DNA from: Actinomycetota bacterium
GTDB lineage: Bacteria; Actinomycetota; Acidimicrobiia; Acidimicrobiales; Aldehydirespiratoraceae
DNA length: 64,000 nucleotides
NCBI GenBank assembly: GCA_039188975.1
Contig: JBCCYT010000004.1
Location: forward strand, 258 to 64,257
Reading direction: 5' to 3'
Shown here: one piece after another, positions 46,153 to 54,960 of the stretch
Numbering within the stretch: position 1 is the stretch's first letter
Layout of the letters: every line of letters begins with the position of its first letter
Notes under the pieces: generated by a model
The model's database searches: none
Told to the model about the DNA's origin: nothing
Seen by the model: only the letters and a program-made list of their open reading frames with translations
Program-made: the position numbers and the translations under genes

Positions 46153-46581
46153 TCAGCAGTCGGCGAGCGTTGCGTGAGCTGCGGCCACCTGGTCCACGTC
46201 GAGAAGCTCGCGCTCACCGAGCCGGTCGACGAAACCCGCCGCGACCTCGAACTGCTCGGCGACCATCGGGCCGTTGGTCGTCAGTCTGAGCCCATCGAGC
46301 GACCGCTTTGTCTCGAACTCACCGACGAAATCTCGCTTCGCTCCTCGCACCGAGTACCAGAGCGCAGGCAACAGGCCGAAGAGCCAAGTGATACCAACGG
46401 TTCGGGTCGCCGTTCGCGTTCGGGCCTTCGATGCGTGTAGCAGGTTCGGTCGATGTCGGGTCACGCCGGCCCCACCGAACGCCGTGGCCAGCACCGATTC
46501 AAGCAATGCACTCGCCTTCTCCTCGGTCAACGCAGTAACCGGAAGTTCGAGATCGACAACCGGCTCGAGGTTGCGGACCAC
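46153..46581 (-). CDS. hypothetical protein
   Basis: 142-aa ORF. Its GTG start lies 2 nt after the upstream stop, which suggests coupling. I recognise no motif. Confidence 0.4.
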   Translation of the reverse strand: MVRNLEPVVDLELPVTALTEEKASALLESVLATAFGGAGVTRHRPNLLHASKARTRTATRTVGITWLFGLLPALWYSVRGAKRDFVGEFETKRSLDGLRLTTNGPMVAEQFEVAAGFVDRLGERELLDVDQVAAAHATLADC

Positions 46582-46583
46582 CG

Positions 46584-46973
46584 TCAGCCGGCCGCCTTCC
46601 AGGCTTCTTCCTCCGCGGACCCGGGCTCGGGCAACAAGACGCCGCCCTCCATCGTGAACGACGCCTGCACATCTCGGGTGGCGGCCGTGATTGTCGAGGC
46701 CTCGACCCCACCATGACCGGCCAGCGCCGCGGCCATGCGGTCGCAGATCTCGGCTTTCTGCTCACCGGTGCGGCCGAAGCGGATCGTGCCGTTGATGGCG
46801 CCGTTCACCCCATCGGGAAGAGATCCACTGGAGTCCTCGGTGACGTACAGATGCACGAACGACGGCGGCGCGCCGGTGACACCACAGTGAATGTCGACGA
46901 CATCACCAGAGAACGCAGCGCGACCGTCGAGGTCGAGCAAGCCGGGGCGAACGTGGGCATGGTAGAAGGGCAT
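46584..46973 (-). CDS. tautomerase-superfamily-like protein (Pro-1 present)
   Basis: Starts MPFYHAHV..., so Pro follows the initiator Met. 129 aa. The family call is tentative. Confidence 0.45.
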   Translation of the reverse strand: MPFYHAHVRPGLLDLDGRAAFSGDVVDIHCGVTGAPPSFVHLYVTEDSSGSLPDGVNGAINGTIRFGRTGEQKAEICDRMAAALAGHGGVEASTITAATRDVQASFTMEGGVLLPEPGSAEEEAWKAAG

Positions 46974-46975
46974 GA

Positions 46976-47299
46976 TCAGGCCTCCGGGCCGGTCTCGGTG
47001 ATCGAGACGACGATCTCGTGGTCGGTACACCCCGTCTCCGCAGACCACAGGTCGCACACGCCACGCATGAACGATTCTCGTTGATCGAGCGTCGTCGGCC
47101 CGGGGATCAAACAGGCGATGATCGACGAGGTGCTCGGCTTGGCTTCGGTGAACATGTAGCCGTCGGCGGCGACCGTCCAGCTGACCGTCGCCTCGCCGAC
47201 ACCGTGCTCGGCGGCGTGCGCCTTGAGCCGCGCCTCGAGGGCAACCTGGCGTTGCTCGGCCGGGCTGGCTTCTTGGACGATGCACCCGAAGTGACTCAT
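46976..47299 (-). CDS. tautomerase-like paralog lacking Pro-1
   Basis: 107 aa, starting MSHFGCIVQE.... It has similar length and layout to its neighbour. The call is tentative. Confidence 0.35.
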   Translation of the reverse strand: MSHFGCIVQEASPAEQRQVALEARLKAHAAEHGVGEATVSWTVAADGYMFTEAKPSTSSIIACLIPGPTTLDQRESFMRGVCDLWSAETGCTDHEIVVSITETGPEA

Positions 47300-47384
47300 G
47301 CTGCGGACGCTATCCCACCCCCTGTTCTGGGGTCCCATTCGCCCGCTCCGCGGGCGGTGGGGTACCCAAATCGGCAACACCGTC

Positions 47385-47433
47385 GTTCTGGGGTCCTCGC
47401 CACCCGCCCTGCGGGCGGCGGGGACCCCAGAAC
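47385..47433 (-). terminator. 49-nt GC-rich hairpin after the Anbu operon (12-bp perfect outer stem)
   Basis: GTTCTGGGGTCC...GGACCCCAGAAC with an inner CGCCC-TGC-GGGCG stem. A degenerate copy lies at 47324..47367. There is no U-tract. Confidence 0.4.
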
Positions 47434-47462
47434 GCAGGGAGCGGGGGTGAGGGCGTGCGGGG

Positions 47463-48215
47463 TCAACCCCGGTTGGGGAGCGAGCCGAGGTCCGGGTCGG
47501 GGAGCGAGTCGAATGCGGTACGCAGGGCATCGCCCCAACCCGACGACACCGCCACCCAATCCGGGTTGTCGCGACTGATCCGGCGCGGTGGCATCACCGC
47601 AAACGAGTCGTTGTCGTACCAGGAGACGTCGAGGGGGGCGCCGACCGACAGATTGGCCTTGATCGTCGAGTCGAACGACACGAGCAGCAACTTGACCGCT
47701 TCGGAGAACGACATCGCCGGATCAAAGGCCCGAACGAGGATCGGCTTTCCGTACTTCGTTTCGCCGATCTGCAGGAACGGGGTGTCGTCGCTCGCTTCGA
47801 TGAAGTTTCCCTCGGGGTACACGAGGAAGAGCCGGGGCGGCATGCCATCGATCTGGCCACCGACGATCAGCGTGGCGTTGAAGGTCGACTCTGCCTCCTG
47901 CCCTTCGCCCTTGTGCCGAGCGATCGCGCCCCGGAGGACATCGCCGACCAGCTCGGCCACTCGAAACATCGTCGGCGCGTCGAGAATTGACGGGTCGCGC
48001 TCAGCGGGCACCTTCGTGCGCTCGTCGAGCACCGACATGACCGCCTGGGTGGTCGCCAGGTTGCCGGCCGCCATGATCGTGATCACCCGCTCACCGGGAA
48101 TCGACCACTGATGCATCTTGGTGAACGTCGAGATGTTGTCGACGCCCGCGTTCGTGCGGGTGTCGGACATGAAGATCAGGCCGTGGGCGAGTTTCATCCC
48201 GACGCAGTAGGTCAT
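47463..48215 (-). CDS. proteasome-type Ntn-hydrolase (Anbu, ancestral beta-subunit type)
   Basis: Begins MTYCVGMKLAHGLIFMSDTRTNAG, with Thr after the initiator Met. It has an ATGA overlap with the transglutaminase gene. Confidence 0.75.
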   Translation of the reverse strand: MTYCVGMKLAHGLIFMSDTRTNAGVDNISTFTKMHQWSIPGERVITIMAAGNLATTQAVMSVLDERTKVPAERDPSILDAPTMFRVAELVGDVLRGAIARHKGEGQEAESTFNATLIVGGQIDGMPPRLFLVYPEGNFIEASDDTPFLQIGETKYGKPILVRAFDPAMSFSEAVKLLLVSFDSTIKANLSVGAPLDVSWYDNDSFAVMPPRRISRDNPDWVAVSSGWGDALRTAFDSLPDPDLGSLPNRG

Positions 48216-49024
48216 TGTTGCGCGCTCCCGGATTGGGTGACGGACACGTCGACCTCGAGTGTCTCGCCTCCAGCTCCGCGTCGCACCCCGGAGATCGGTG
48301 CCGCCTCTCGATAGTCGAGTCCAACGGCGAGCCGGACATAGTGTTCGTCGGGCGAGATCTGGTTGGCGACGTCGAAGCCGACCCACCCGAGCCCCTCGAC
48401 CGAGACCTCGGCCCACCCGTGGCTGGCGTCCTCTTGGCCATCCTCGACGAAGAGATAGCCAGAGACGTATCGGGCCGGGAAACCCAGCAGCCGAGCCGTG
48501 GTGACGAAAACGTGGGCGTGGTCCTGGCAGACCCCGCTCCCCGAGTCGACGACCGCTTCGGCGGGTGTGTCGACATCGGTCGTGCCGGGTACGTAGTCGA
48601 CGGCGTCGCGCACGAGCGCCGAGAGGCGGTGGAGCGTCTCGACGTCGTCGGCTTGTCGGTCCAGGCCGCGAATGAGCCGACGGGTGTTCGTCCCTGGTGC
48701 GGTGAGCGCGGTGTTGCGCTGGTACAGCCAGCGAGGGGTGTGGCCTTGATCCGGCCCGACGACGCCGGCGGTGTTCGACGTTTCGACACCACCCGACGCA
48801 ATGACGTCGGTCTGGGTTGCGCCCGCATCGACCCGAACCAGTTCGACGACATTGCGATGATGGTCGGCAAAGCGGACCTGACGATGCCCCCCTTCGATCC
48901 GGGTGTCCCACCATTCGACGACCTGCGTGGCACCTGTACGCGGAATCAGACGCAGTTCGTGCAGGCCGTAGGCGACGGGCTCGTCGTAGCGGTATCGGGT
49001 GGTGTGGGTGACGGTGAGCCGCAT
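48212..49024 (-). CDS. transglutaminase-family protein
   Basis: N-terminal MRLTVTHTTRYRYDEPV (Bact_transglu_N type) plus a Cys core (GSGVCQDHAHVF). Confidence 0.75.
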   Translation of the reverse strand: MRLTVTHTTRYRYDEPVAYGLHELRLIPRTGATQVVEWWDTRIEGGHRQVRFADHHRNVVELVRVDAGATQTDVIASGGVETSNTAGVVGPDQGHTPRWLYQRNTALTAPGTNTRRLIRGLDRQADDVETLHRLSALVRDAVDYVPGTTDVDTPAEAVVDSGSGVCQDHAHVFVTTARLLGFPARYVSGYLFVEDGQEDASHGWAEVSVEGLGWVGFDVANQISPDEHYVRLAVGLDYREAAPISGVRRGAGGETLEVDVSVTQSGSAQQ

Positions 49025-49965
49025 CAGCTGTTGAACCGATAGTCGAGTTCGATCTGCGCACCGACGTCGTTGTTGGCGCGGATGCAGTCGGAGAGAAACT
49101 CGTGGAGCCCGTCGTCGATGATCGAGTCGATCGACCGGCCCGAGAGCCGCAGACGAAGGTCGTGCGACAGTTCATGACAGCGGTGCTGTTGGCCGTAGTC
49201 GCTGGCCAGGTGCACGAGATTGCGGTCGATCTTGTCGTAACAGAAGGCGAGTGAGCGCGGCATCTGGGGATCGAGGATCAAGAAGTCAGCGATGCCTGAG
49301 GCGGTGACGAGGCCACCATTGCGCCAACGGAACGCGCGCTGGGCGGACACGCTGCGCAAGATGGTCTCCCACTGGGCGTTGTCGAGCGAGCTGCCGACAT
49401 CGAGCGGCGACGGCAACAAGACGTAGTACTTCACGTCGAGGATGCGGGAAGTGTTGTCGGCCCGTTCGAGGAAGGTGCCGAGTCGAGCGAAGTTGTAGAT
49501 GTCGTTGCGCAGCATTGTGCCGTGCAGCGCGCCTCGCACGTAGGCGCTTTCTTGTCGAATGAGGCTGAGCACCCGGGGGAGGTCGCGAGTTGCGATCGGT
49601 CGTTGTAACGCATCACAGACAGCCAGCCAGGTGGCATTGGTGGCTTCCCACACCTCGCGGGTGAGCGCGGTGCGAACTTCGCGGGCGTTGGACCGGGCCT
49701 GATCGACGACCGATCGCACGCTCGACGGGTTGTTGCGGTCGCGTAGCAAGAAGTCGACAACGGCGGCGCCGTCGACCTCGCCGTGGCGATCGACATAGCC
49801 GTCGCGCTGCCCGGCGGTGGAGAGAACCGAATCCCATTCGTCGTAGAGGTCGTTGGTGCGGGTCAGGGCAATCCGCATCCCCGCTTCGATGAGACGGGCG
49901 GTGTTCTCACTGCGTTCGAGGTAGCGGAACATCCAGTAGAGCCCGCCCGCGGTGCGTCCCAGCAT
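49024..49965 (-). CDS. alpha-E domain protein (DUF403)
   Basis: Begins MLGRTAGGLYWMFRYLERSENTARL, typical of alpha-E, and is coupled to both neighbours. Confidence 0.75.
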   Translation of the reverse strand: MLGRTAGGLYWMFRYLERSENTARLIEAGMRIALTRTNDLYDEWDSVLSTAGQRDGYVDRHGEVDGAAVVDFLLRDRNNPSSVRSVVDQARSNAREVRTALTREVWEATNATWLAVCDALQRPIATRDLPRVLSLIRQESAYVRGALHGTMLRNDIYNFARLGTFLERADNTSRILDVKYYVLLPSPLDVGSSLDNAQWETILRSVSAQRAFRWRNGGLVTASGIADFLILDPQMPRSLAFCYDKIDRNLVHLASDYGQQHRCHELSHDLRLRLSGRSIDSIIDDGLHEFLSDCIRANNDVGAQIELDYRFNS

Positions 49966-51398
49966 CAGTCGTCCACCACCCACGTGTCTTTGGTGCCGCC
50001 GCCCTGGCTGGAGTTCACGACCAGCGAGTTCTTCTTCATTGCGACCCGGGTGAGCCCGCCCGGGCTGACCTGGATACGGCCGGGGCCGACGAGGGCAAAC
50101 GGTCGCAGATCGACATGGCGAGGGGCGAGCCCGGAGCGGGTGAGCACGGGCACGGTCGACAGCGCAATGGTCGGCTGGGCGATGTAGTTGGAGGGGCGTG
50201 CGGCGAGTTTCTTGGCGAACTCGCGCAGCTCCTTCTTCGATGCGGCCGGCCCGACGAGCATGCCGTAGCCGCCGGAGCCGTGGACTTCTTTCACGACGAG
50301 TTCGGCGAGGTGGTCGAGCACATACGCCAGCGAGTCGGGTTCGCCACATCGCCAGGTGGGCACGTTGTCGAGGATTGGTTTCTCACCCGTGTAGAACTCG
50401 ATGATCTCCGGGACATAGCTGTAGATCGCCTTGTCGTCGGCGATGCCGCCACCCGGCGCGTTGGCGATGGTGATGCCACCAGCTCGGTAGATGTCCATGA
50501 TCCCAGGGACCCCGAGCAGCGAGTCGGGGTTGAACGCAAGCGGGTCGAGGTACTCGTCGTCGACTCGCCGGTAGAGGACGTCGACGGGCATCGGGCCCCG
50601 CGTCGTGCGCATCGCGACTCGCCCGTCGACGATTTCGAGATCGCGGGCTTCGACCAGTTCGGCTCCCATCTGATCGGCGAGGAACGCATGCTCGAAGTAC
50701 GCCGAGTTGTGGATGCCAGGCGTGAGTACGGCGACAACCGCTTGCCCGTCGCCGGCTGCCGGTGGGGCCGACGAAGAGAGCGCGGCTCGGAGGTTCTGTG
50801 GGTAGTCACCGACCGGACGGACCCGGTGGGTGGCGAAGAGCTCCGGGAACATCTGCATCATCGTTTCCCGGTTCTCGAGCATGTACGACACACCGGACGG
50901 GGTGCGGCAGTTGTCTTCGAGCACCATGAAGCGGTCTTCTCCCGCCCGGATGATGTCGACACCAACGACGTGGGTGTAGACCCCGCCGGGCGGCGAATGA
51001 CCGATCATGGCGGGCAGGAAGGCGGCGTTCTCTGCGATCAACGACACCGGGATTCGCCCGGCGCGGAGGATTTCGCGTCGGTGGTAGATGTCATGCAGGA
51101 AGGCGTTGAGGGCTCGGACCCGCTGCTGAACACCGCGTTCGATCGTTGCCCATTCAGCCGTGCCGATCACTCGGGGCACGATGTCGAAGGGGATCAACCG
51201 CTCTTCGGCGTCGTCATCGCCGTAGACATTGAACGTGATGCCGGTGCGCCGAAAGACCCGTTCGGCTTCGGCTGATTTGGCCAGGAGGCGCCGCGGCTCT
51301 TCGCCGGCGAACCAGTCCTCATAGGCGCGGTAGGGCGCTCGGACGACACCATCGCCCGAGCCGTACATCTCGTCGAAGAACCCCTCCCGTGGCTCCAT
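49965..51398 (-). CDS. circularly permuted type-2 ATP-grasp protein (DUF404/DUF407)
   Basis: 477 aa from ATG 51398. Blocks are ITFNVYGDDDAEERLIPFDIVPR, and VVKEVHGSGGYGMLVGP near the C-terminus. Confidence 0.75.
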   Translation of the reverse strand: MEPREGFFDEMYGSGDGVVRAPYRAYEDWFAGEEPRRLLAKSAEAERVFRRTGITFNVYGDDDAEERLIPFDIVPRVIGTAEWATIERGVQQRVRALNAFLHDIYHRREILRAGRIPVSLIAENAAFLPAMIGHSPPGGVYTHVVGVDIIRAGEDRFMVLEDNCRTPSGVSYMLENRETMMQMFPELFATHRVRPVGDYPQNLRAALSSSAPPAAGDGQAVVAVLTPGIHNSAYFEHAFLADQMGAELVEARDLEIVDGRVAMRTTRGPMPVDVLYRRVDDEYLDPLAFNPDSLLGVPGIMDIYRAGGITIANAPGGGIADDKAIYSYVPEIIEFYTGEKPILDNVPTWRCGEPDSLAYVLDHLAELVVKEVHGSGGYGMLVGPAASKKELREFAKKLAARPSNYIAQPTIALSTVPVLTRSGLAPRHVDLRPFALVGPGRIQVSPGGLTRVAMKKNSLVVNSSQGGGTKDTWVVDD

Positions 51399-51462
51399 GG
51401 TGCAGGAACCTAACGAGGATCGGTCTCGCTGTCCCGTGGCGAAACAGACTGGTAACAGGAAG

Positions 51463-52380
51463 TCAGGTGGCGGCCATCCACGCCACCATCGCTTCGGCGA
51501 TCGCTGGCCCTTGGTCGTCTTGCAGGAAATGGCCGCCCGGTTGGAACTCCTGGTGGGGTTGGCCGGCTGCGCCCGGAACCCGTTCGATGAACTCGGCGGC
51601 CAACCCTCCGAGTACGGGATCCTCGGGACACCACAGCGTGAGGAACGGTTTCTCGAACGCGGTGAGACCCTGCCACGCGGCAAGGTTCTCGGCGACACCA
51701 GCCTGCTCCGGCGTGATCGGCACGAGGGTCGGGAACACCACTGCGCCCACTCGATGATCGGCCGTGGGGAACGGCGCGTCGTATGCGGCGATCTCGTGGT
51801 CGGTGAGCTGGCGGGCCGTGATCGCCCGTGAGAAGAGACCGCCGATGTCGGTCAATTGCGAGTCCTGAGAGAAGGCAAGCCAGAAGTCGAACCCATCGCC
51901 CAACGACTCGCCGACCGGCAGCCCGGTGTTGCCGATGACGACCCGAGCGAAGCGATCCGGTTGGAGGCCAACGAGCCGCAGGCCGATCAGGCCGCCCCAG
52001 TCCTGAGCGAAGATGGTGCACGGTTCGTGGACGTTGGCGTCGAGAAAGAACTCGACGTTCGCGACGTGCTGGGCGTAGGTGTAGTAGCCGGGGTCGGTGG
52101 GTTTGTCGGAACGACCGAACCCGATGAGGTCAGGGGCGACGACTCGATACCCAGCGTCGAGCAGACCCGGAAGCATACGGCGGTACAGGTAGCTCCACGA
52201 CGGCTCACCGTGCAGCAACACGATCGGATGCCCGTCCTCGGGGCCCTCGTCGATGTACGCCATGCGAAGGCCGTCGACCTGGCCGTACTTCGGTTCGTAC
52301 GGGAAGTCGTCGAGTCCGTCGAAGCGATCGTCGGGAGTGCGGACGAAGTCGATGCCGCTGTCGGTCGTCTGGGTCGTCAT
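51463..52380 (-). CDS. haloalkane dehalogenase-type alpha/beta hydrolase
   Basis: Contains MAYIDEGPEDGHPIVLLHGEPSWSYLYRRMLP...APDLIGFGRSDKP and the nucleophile motif QDWGG. Confidence 0.75.
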   Translation of the reverse strand: MTTQTTDSGIDFVRTPDDRFDGLDDFPYEPKYGQVDGLRMAYIDEGPEDGHPIVLLHGEPSWSYLYRRMLPGLLDAGYRVVAPDLIGFGRSDKPTDPGYYTYAQHVANVEFFLDANVHEPCTIFAQDWGGLIGLRLVGLQPDRFARVVIGNTGLPVGESLGDGFDFWLAFSQDSQLTDIGGLFSRAITARQLTDHEIAAYDAPFPTADHRVGAVVFPTLVPITPEQAGVAENLAAWQGLTAFEKPFLTLWCPEDPVLGGLAAEFIERVPGAAGQPHQEFQPGGHFLQDDQGPAIAEAMVAWMAAT

Positions 52381-52438
52381 GGCGCCACGGTAGGTCTGGA
52401 CTTCGACGGCGGCCAGGCGACCTCGCTACCGTTCGGAC

Positions 52439-53536
52439 ATGGAACCGTCGGAGGTCGTCAAGTCGTCACGAACGCCGGAGCAGCTGCAGGCTCGTCTGCA
52501 GTCCTGGCTCCGGGAGACCACGAGCGATGCTGCGGCGACGGTCGGGCCCGTGCATTCGCCCGAATCGAACGGCATGTCGAGCGAGTCGTTGTTCTTCGAC
52601 GCGTCGTGGAACGGCGAGTCGGGATCGTTCGTGGCTCGGGTTGCGCCGGCCGCGGAGGACGTGCCGGTCTTCCAGACCTACGACCTCGAGAAGCAGTACC
52701 GCCTCATCTCGCTGGTCGCCGAGCACTCCGAGGTGCCGGTACCCAACTTGGCGTGGCTCGAACGCGACTCGGCGTTTCTCGACCAGCCGTTCTTCGTGAT
52801 GCACAAGGTCGAAGGACGAGTGCCGCCCGACATTCCGCCCTATGCGATGGGTGGCTGGGTTCGCGATCTCAGCGACAACGACCGCATGGCGCTGCAACGG
52901 GCGAGCGTCGCCGCGGTAGCGGGCGTGCACGCGATCGACATCAGCGACGGCAAGGCCGACTTTCTCGAACTCGACTCGACACTCGGCGACACACCGCTTC
53001 GGCGGCACTACGCCGCCGAGCAGGCCTACTACGAGTGGACGTGTGAGGGCGCGGGGCGCCGCTTCCCGACGATCGAGCGGGCGTTCGACTGGATCGAAAC
53101 GAACTGGCCGACCGACGAGGGGCGCTCGGCGATCTGTTGGGGCGACAGCCGCATCGGCAACATCATGTACGCCAACGACGGCGTGGAGCCGGTGGCGGTG
53201 CTCGACTGGGAGCTGGCGACGATTGCCCCACCGGGGCTCGATGTCGGCTGGATGTGTTTCCTGCACCGGTTCTTCGAGTTCGTTCTCGGCAAGTACGAGA
53301 TCGAGACGTTGCCGTCGATGCTTCGACCCGAGGATGTCCGTGAGCAGTACGGCGAGGTCAGTGGCGTCGACGTCGGCGACCTTCGTTTCGAGATGGTGTA
53401 CACCGCGCTGCGTCACGCAGCGATCATGAGCCGAATCCATGTCCGCAACGTGCACTTCGGCACCCACGAATGGCCCGACGACCCCGACGACGCGTTCTTG
53501 TTCAAGGACCTGCTGGCCGAGCTGATTTCGGACTGA
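52439..53536 (+). CDS. phosphotransferase (APH/choline-kinase fold) family protein
   Basis: Catalytic loop ICWGDSRIGNIMY and VLDWELA. Confidence 0.7.
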   Translation: MEPSEVVKSSRTPEQLQARLQSWLRETTSDAAATVGPVHSPESNGMSSESLFFDASWNGESGSFVARVAPAAEDVPVFQTYDLEKQYRLISLVAEHSEVPVPNLAWLERDSAFLDQPFFVMHKVEGRVPPDIPPYAMGGWVRDLSDNDRMALQRASVAAVAGVHAIDISDGKADFLELDSTLGDTPLRRHYAAEQAYYEWTCEGAGRRFPTIERAFDWIETNWPTDEGRSAICWGDSRIGNIMYANDGVEPVAVLDWELATIAPPGLDVGWMCFLHRFFEFVLGKYEIETLPSMLRPEDVREQYGEVSGVDVGDLRFEMVYTALRHAAIMSRIHVRNVHFGTHEWPDDPDDAFLFKDLLAELISD

Positions 53537-53566
53537 CGGTGAGCGCCGCTGTGCGACGATGGAGCA

Positions 53567-54169
53567 ATGGTCTCCCGCCGCTACGAAACCGGCCCTGACG
53601 CGACAATCCGGGCCACCGACGAGGCACTCACCCGGGCCGTCGATGCTCGTGCCGTCATCTTGGTCGAAGGCACGAGCGACCAAATCGTGCTGGAGTCGCT
53701 CGCGACCCGACTCGACCGAGATCTTGATGCAGATGGCGTCGTGGTTGCGCCAATCGGCGGCGCCCACGCAATCCGCAACATCATCGACCACTTCGCCCAC
53801 CGGACCGACCTTCGACTGAGCGGACTCGTCGATCGAGCCGAAGCCGACGTCTTCGTCGCGGCAGCCGCGGCGACACCACTTCTCGACCCGTCACGCATCC
53901 ATGTGTGCCACGACGACCTCGAAGACGAACTCATTCGAGCGATGGACCCTGACGAGCTCGAAACGCTGCTCGACGCTGAAGGCGACCTCGGCGCATTCCG
54001 CACGATGCAGCATCAACCGGCGTGGCGCGAGCAACCTGTCGGCGACCAGATGCACCGGTGGATGCGATCGATCTCCGGCCGAACCAACACCTACGGCGAT
54101 CTCATCGTCCGTCACGCCGAGACCAGCCGCCTACCGAAGCCACTCGTTGCGACGATCGAGGGTGCCTAG
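53567..54169 (+). CDS. stand-alone TOPRIM-like domain protein (OLD-nuclease C-terminal type)
   Basis: Has VILVEGTSDQIVLESLA (Toprim Glu) followed by acidic clusters (LVDRAEADV, HDDLEDE). 200 aa, with a GGAG Shine-Dalgarno. Confidence 0.5.
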   Translation: MVSRRYETGPDATIRATDEALTRAVDARAVILVEGTSDQIVLESLATRLDRDLDADGVVVAPIGGAHAIRNIIDHFAHRTDLRLSGLVDRAEADVFVAAAAATPLLDPSRIHVCHDDLEDELIRAMDPDELETLLDAEGDLGAFRTMQHQPAWREQPVGDQMHRWMRSISGRTNTYGDLIVRHAETSRLPKPLVATIEGA

Positions 54170-54960
54170 GGCGTTGCTGTCATGCCACCGTCCACCGGGA
54201 TCACCGCTCCGGTGATGGCGGACGACTGAGGCGAACACAGCCAGGCGATCGTCGAGGCGACTTCACGTGGCTCGATGAGGCGGCCCAACGGTTCCTGGTG
54301 GCGGACAAAGTCCTCCACCGACGCGAGGTCATAGATGCGGGCCGACTCGTCGAGCCCAGCGGTGGTGGTCGAACCGGGCGACACGCCGTTAGCGGTGATA
54401 CCGGTGCCCGCGAGATCGGCGGCCAACGAACGGGTGAAGCCGATCACGCCGTGCTTCGCCGCCGCATACGGCGCCATGTGCCGCAACCCGAGAGAACCGG
54501 CCGCCGACGCGACCGTGACGATGCGACCACCCGGCGTCTCGAGAAGAGTCGGAACGGCTGCCCGGACCGTCACGAACACACCGGTCAAGTCGGTGCTGAT
54601 GACCGCCTCCCACTCGGCGTCGTCGACGTCCCATGCGGGTGCCCCTCCAGCGACAATCCCCGCCGCACAGACGACGGCATCGAGTCGGCCATGGTCAGCG
54701 ACGATGTCAGCCACCACAGCCTGCATCGCCGCTGCGTCGGCCACATCCGCATGAAACGATGACGCCGAACCATCCGCAGCATCGACCACCGCGGCGAGTT
54801 CGTCAGCCGACGCCATGGGATACGCAATCGCAGGGTGAGGCGTACAACGATCCACGGCGGCCACCCACCACCCATTCGCGACGAGCTCGGACACGGTGGC
54901 GGCACCGATGCCTCGGCCAGCACCGGTGACGAGCGCGACGGGCTGCTTCATATGGGTCAT
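54166..54960 (-). CDS. SDR family oxidoreductase, mycofactocin-coupled subfamily-like
   Basis: Contains TGAGRGIG and YAAAKHG. The insert DRCTPHPAIAYPMASADELAAV after the first beta-alpha unit is what I associate with mycofactocin-coupled SDRs. It has an ATGA overlap with the creatininase gene. Confidence 0.65.
   Translation of the reverse strand: MTHMKQPVALVTGAGRGIGAATVSELVANGWWVAAVDRCTPHPAIAYPMASADELAAVVDAADGSASSFHADVADAAAMQAVVADIVADHGRLDAVVCAAGIVAGGAPAWDVDDAEWEAVISTDLTGVFVTVRAAVPTLLETPGGRIVTVASAAGSLGLRHMAPYAAAKHGVIGFTRSLAADLAGTGITANGVSPGSTTTAGLDESARIYDLASVEDFVRHQEPLGRLIEPREVASTIAWLCSPQSSAITGAVIPVDGGMTATP

Noticed and set aside
46581-46586. Possible UGA read-through (selenoprotein) joining the tautomerase-like gene and the 142-aa ORF
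   Set aside because: The two ORFs are in different frames (the offset is not a multiple of 3). This is ordinary stop/start coupling, not recoding.
47463-49175. Long N-terminal extensions of the Anbu, alpha-E, ATP-grasp, SIP, NadE, glnII and MftD-like ORF models
   Set aside because: The upstream portions overlap the preceding genes in another frame. Conserved family N-termini, Shine-Dalgarno sites, or ATGA/GTGA junctions identify the internal starts I used instead.
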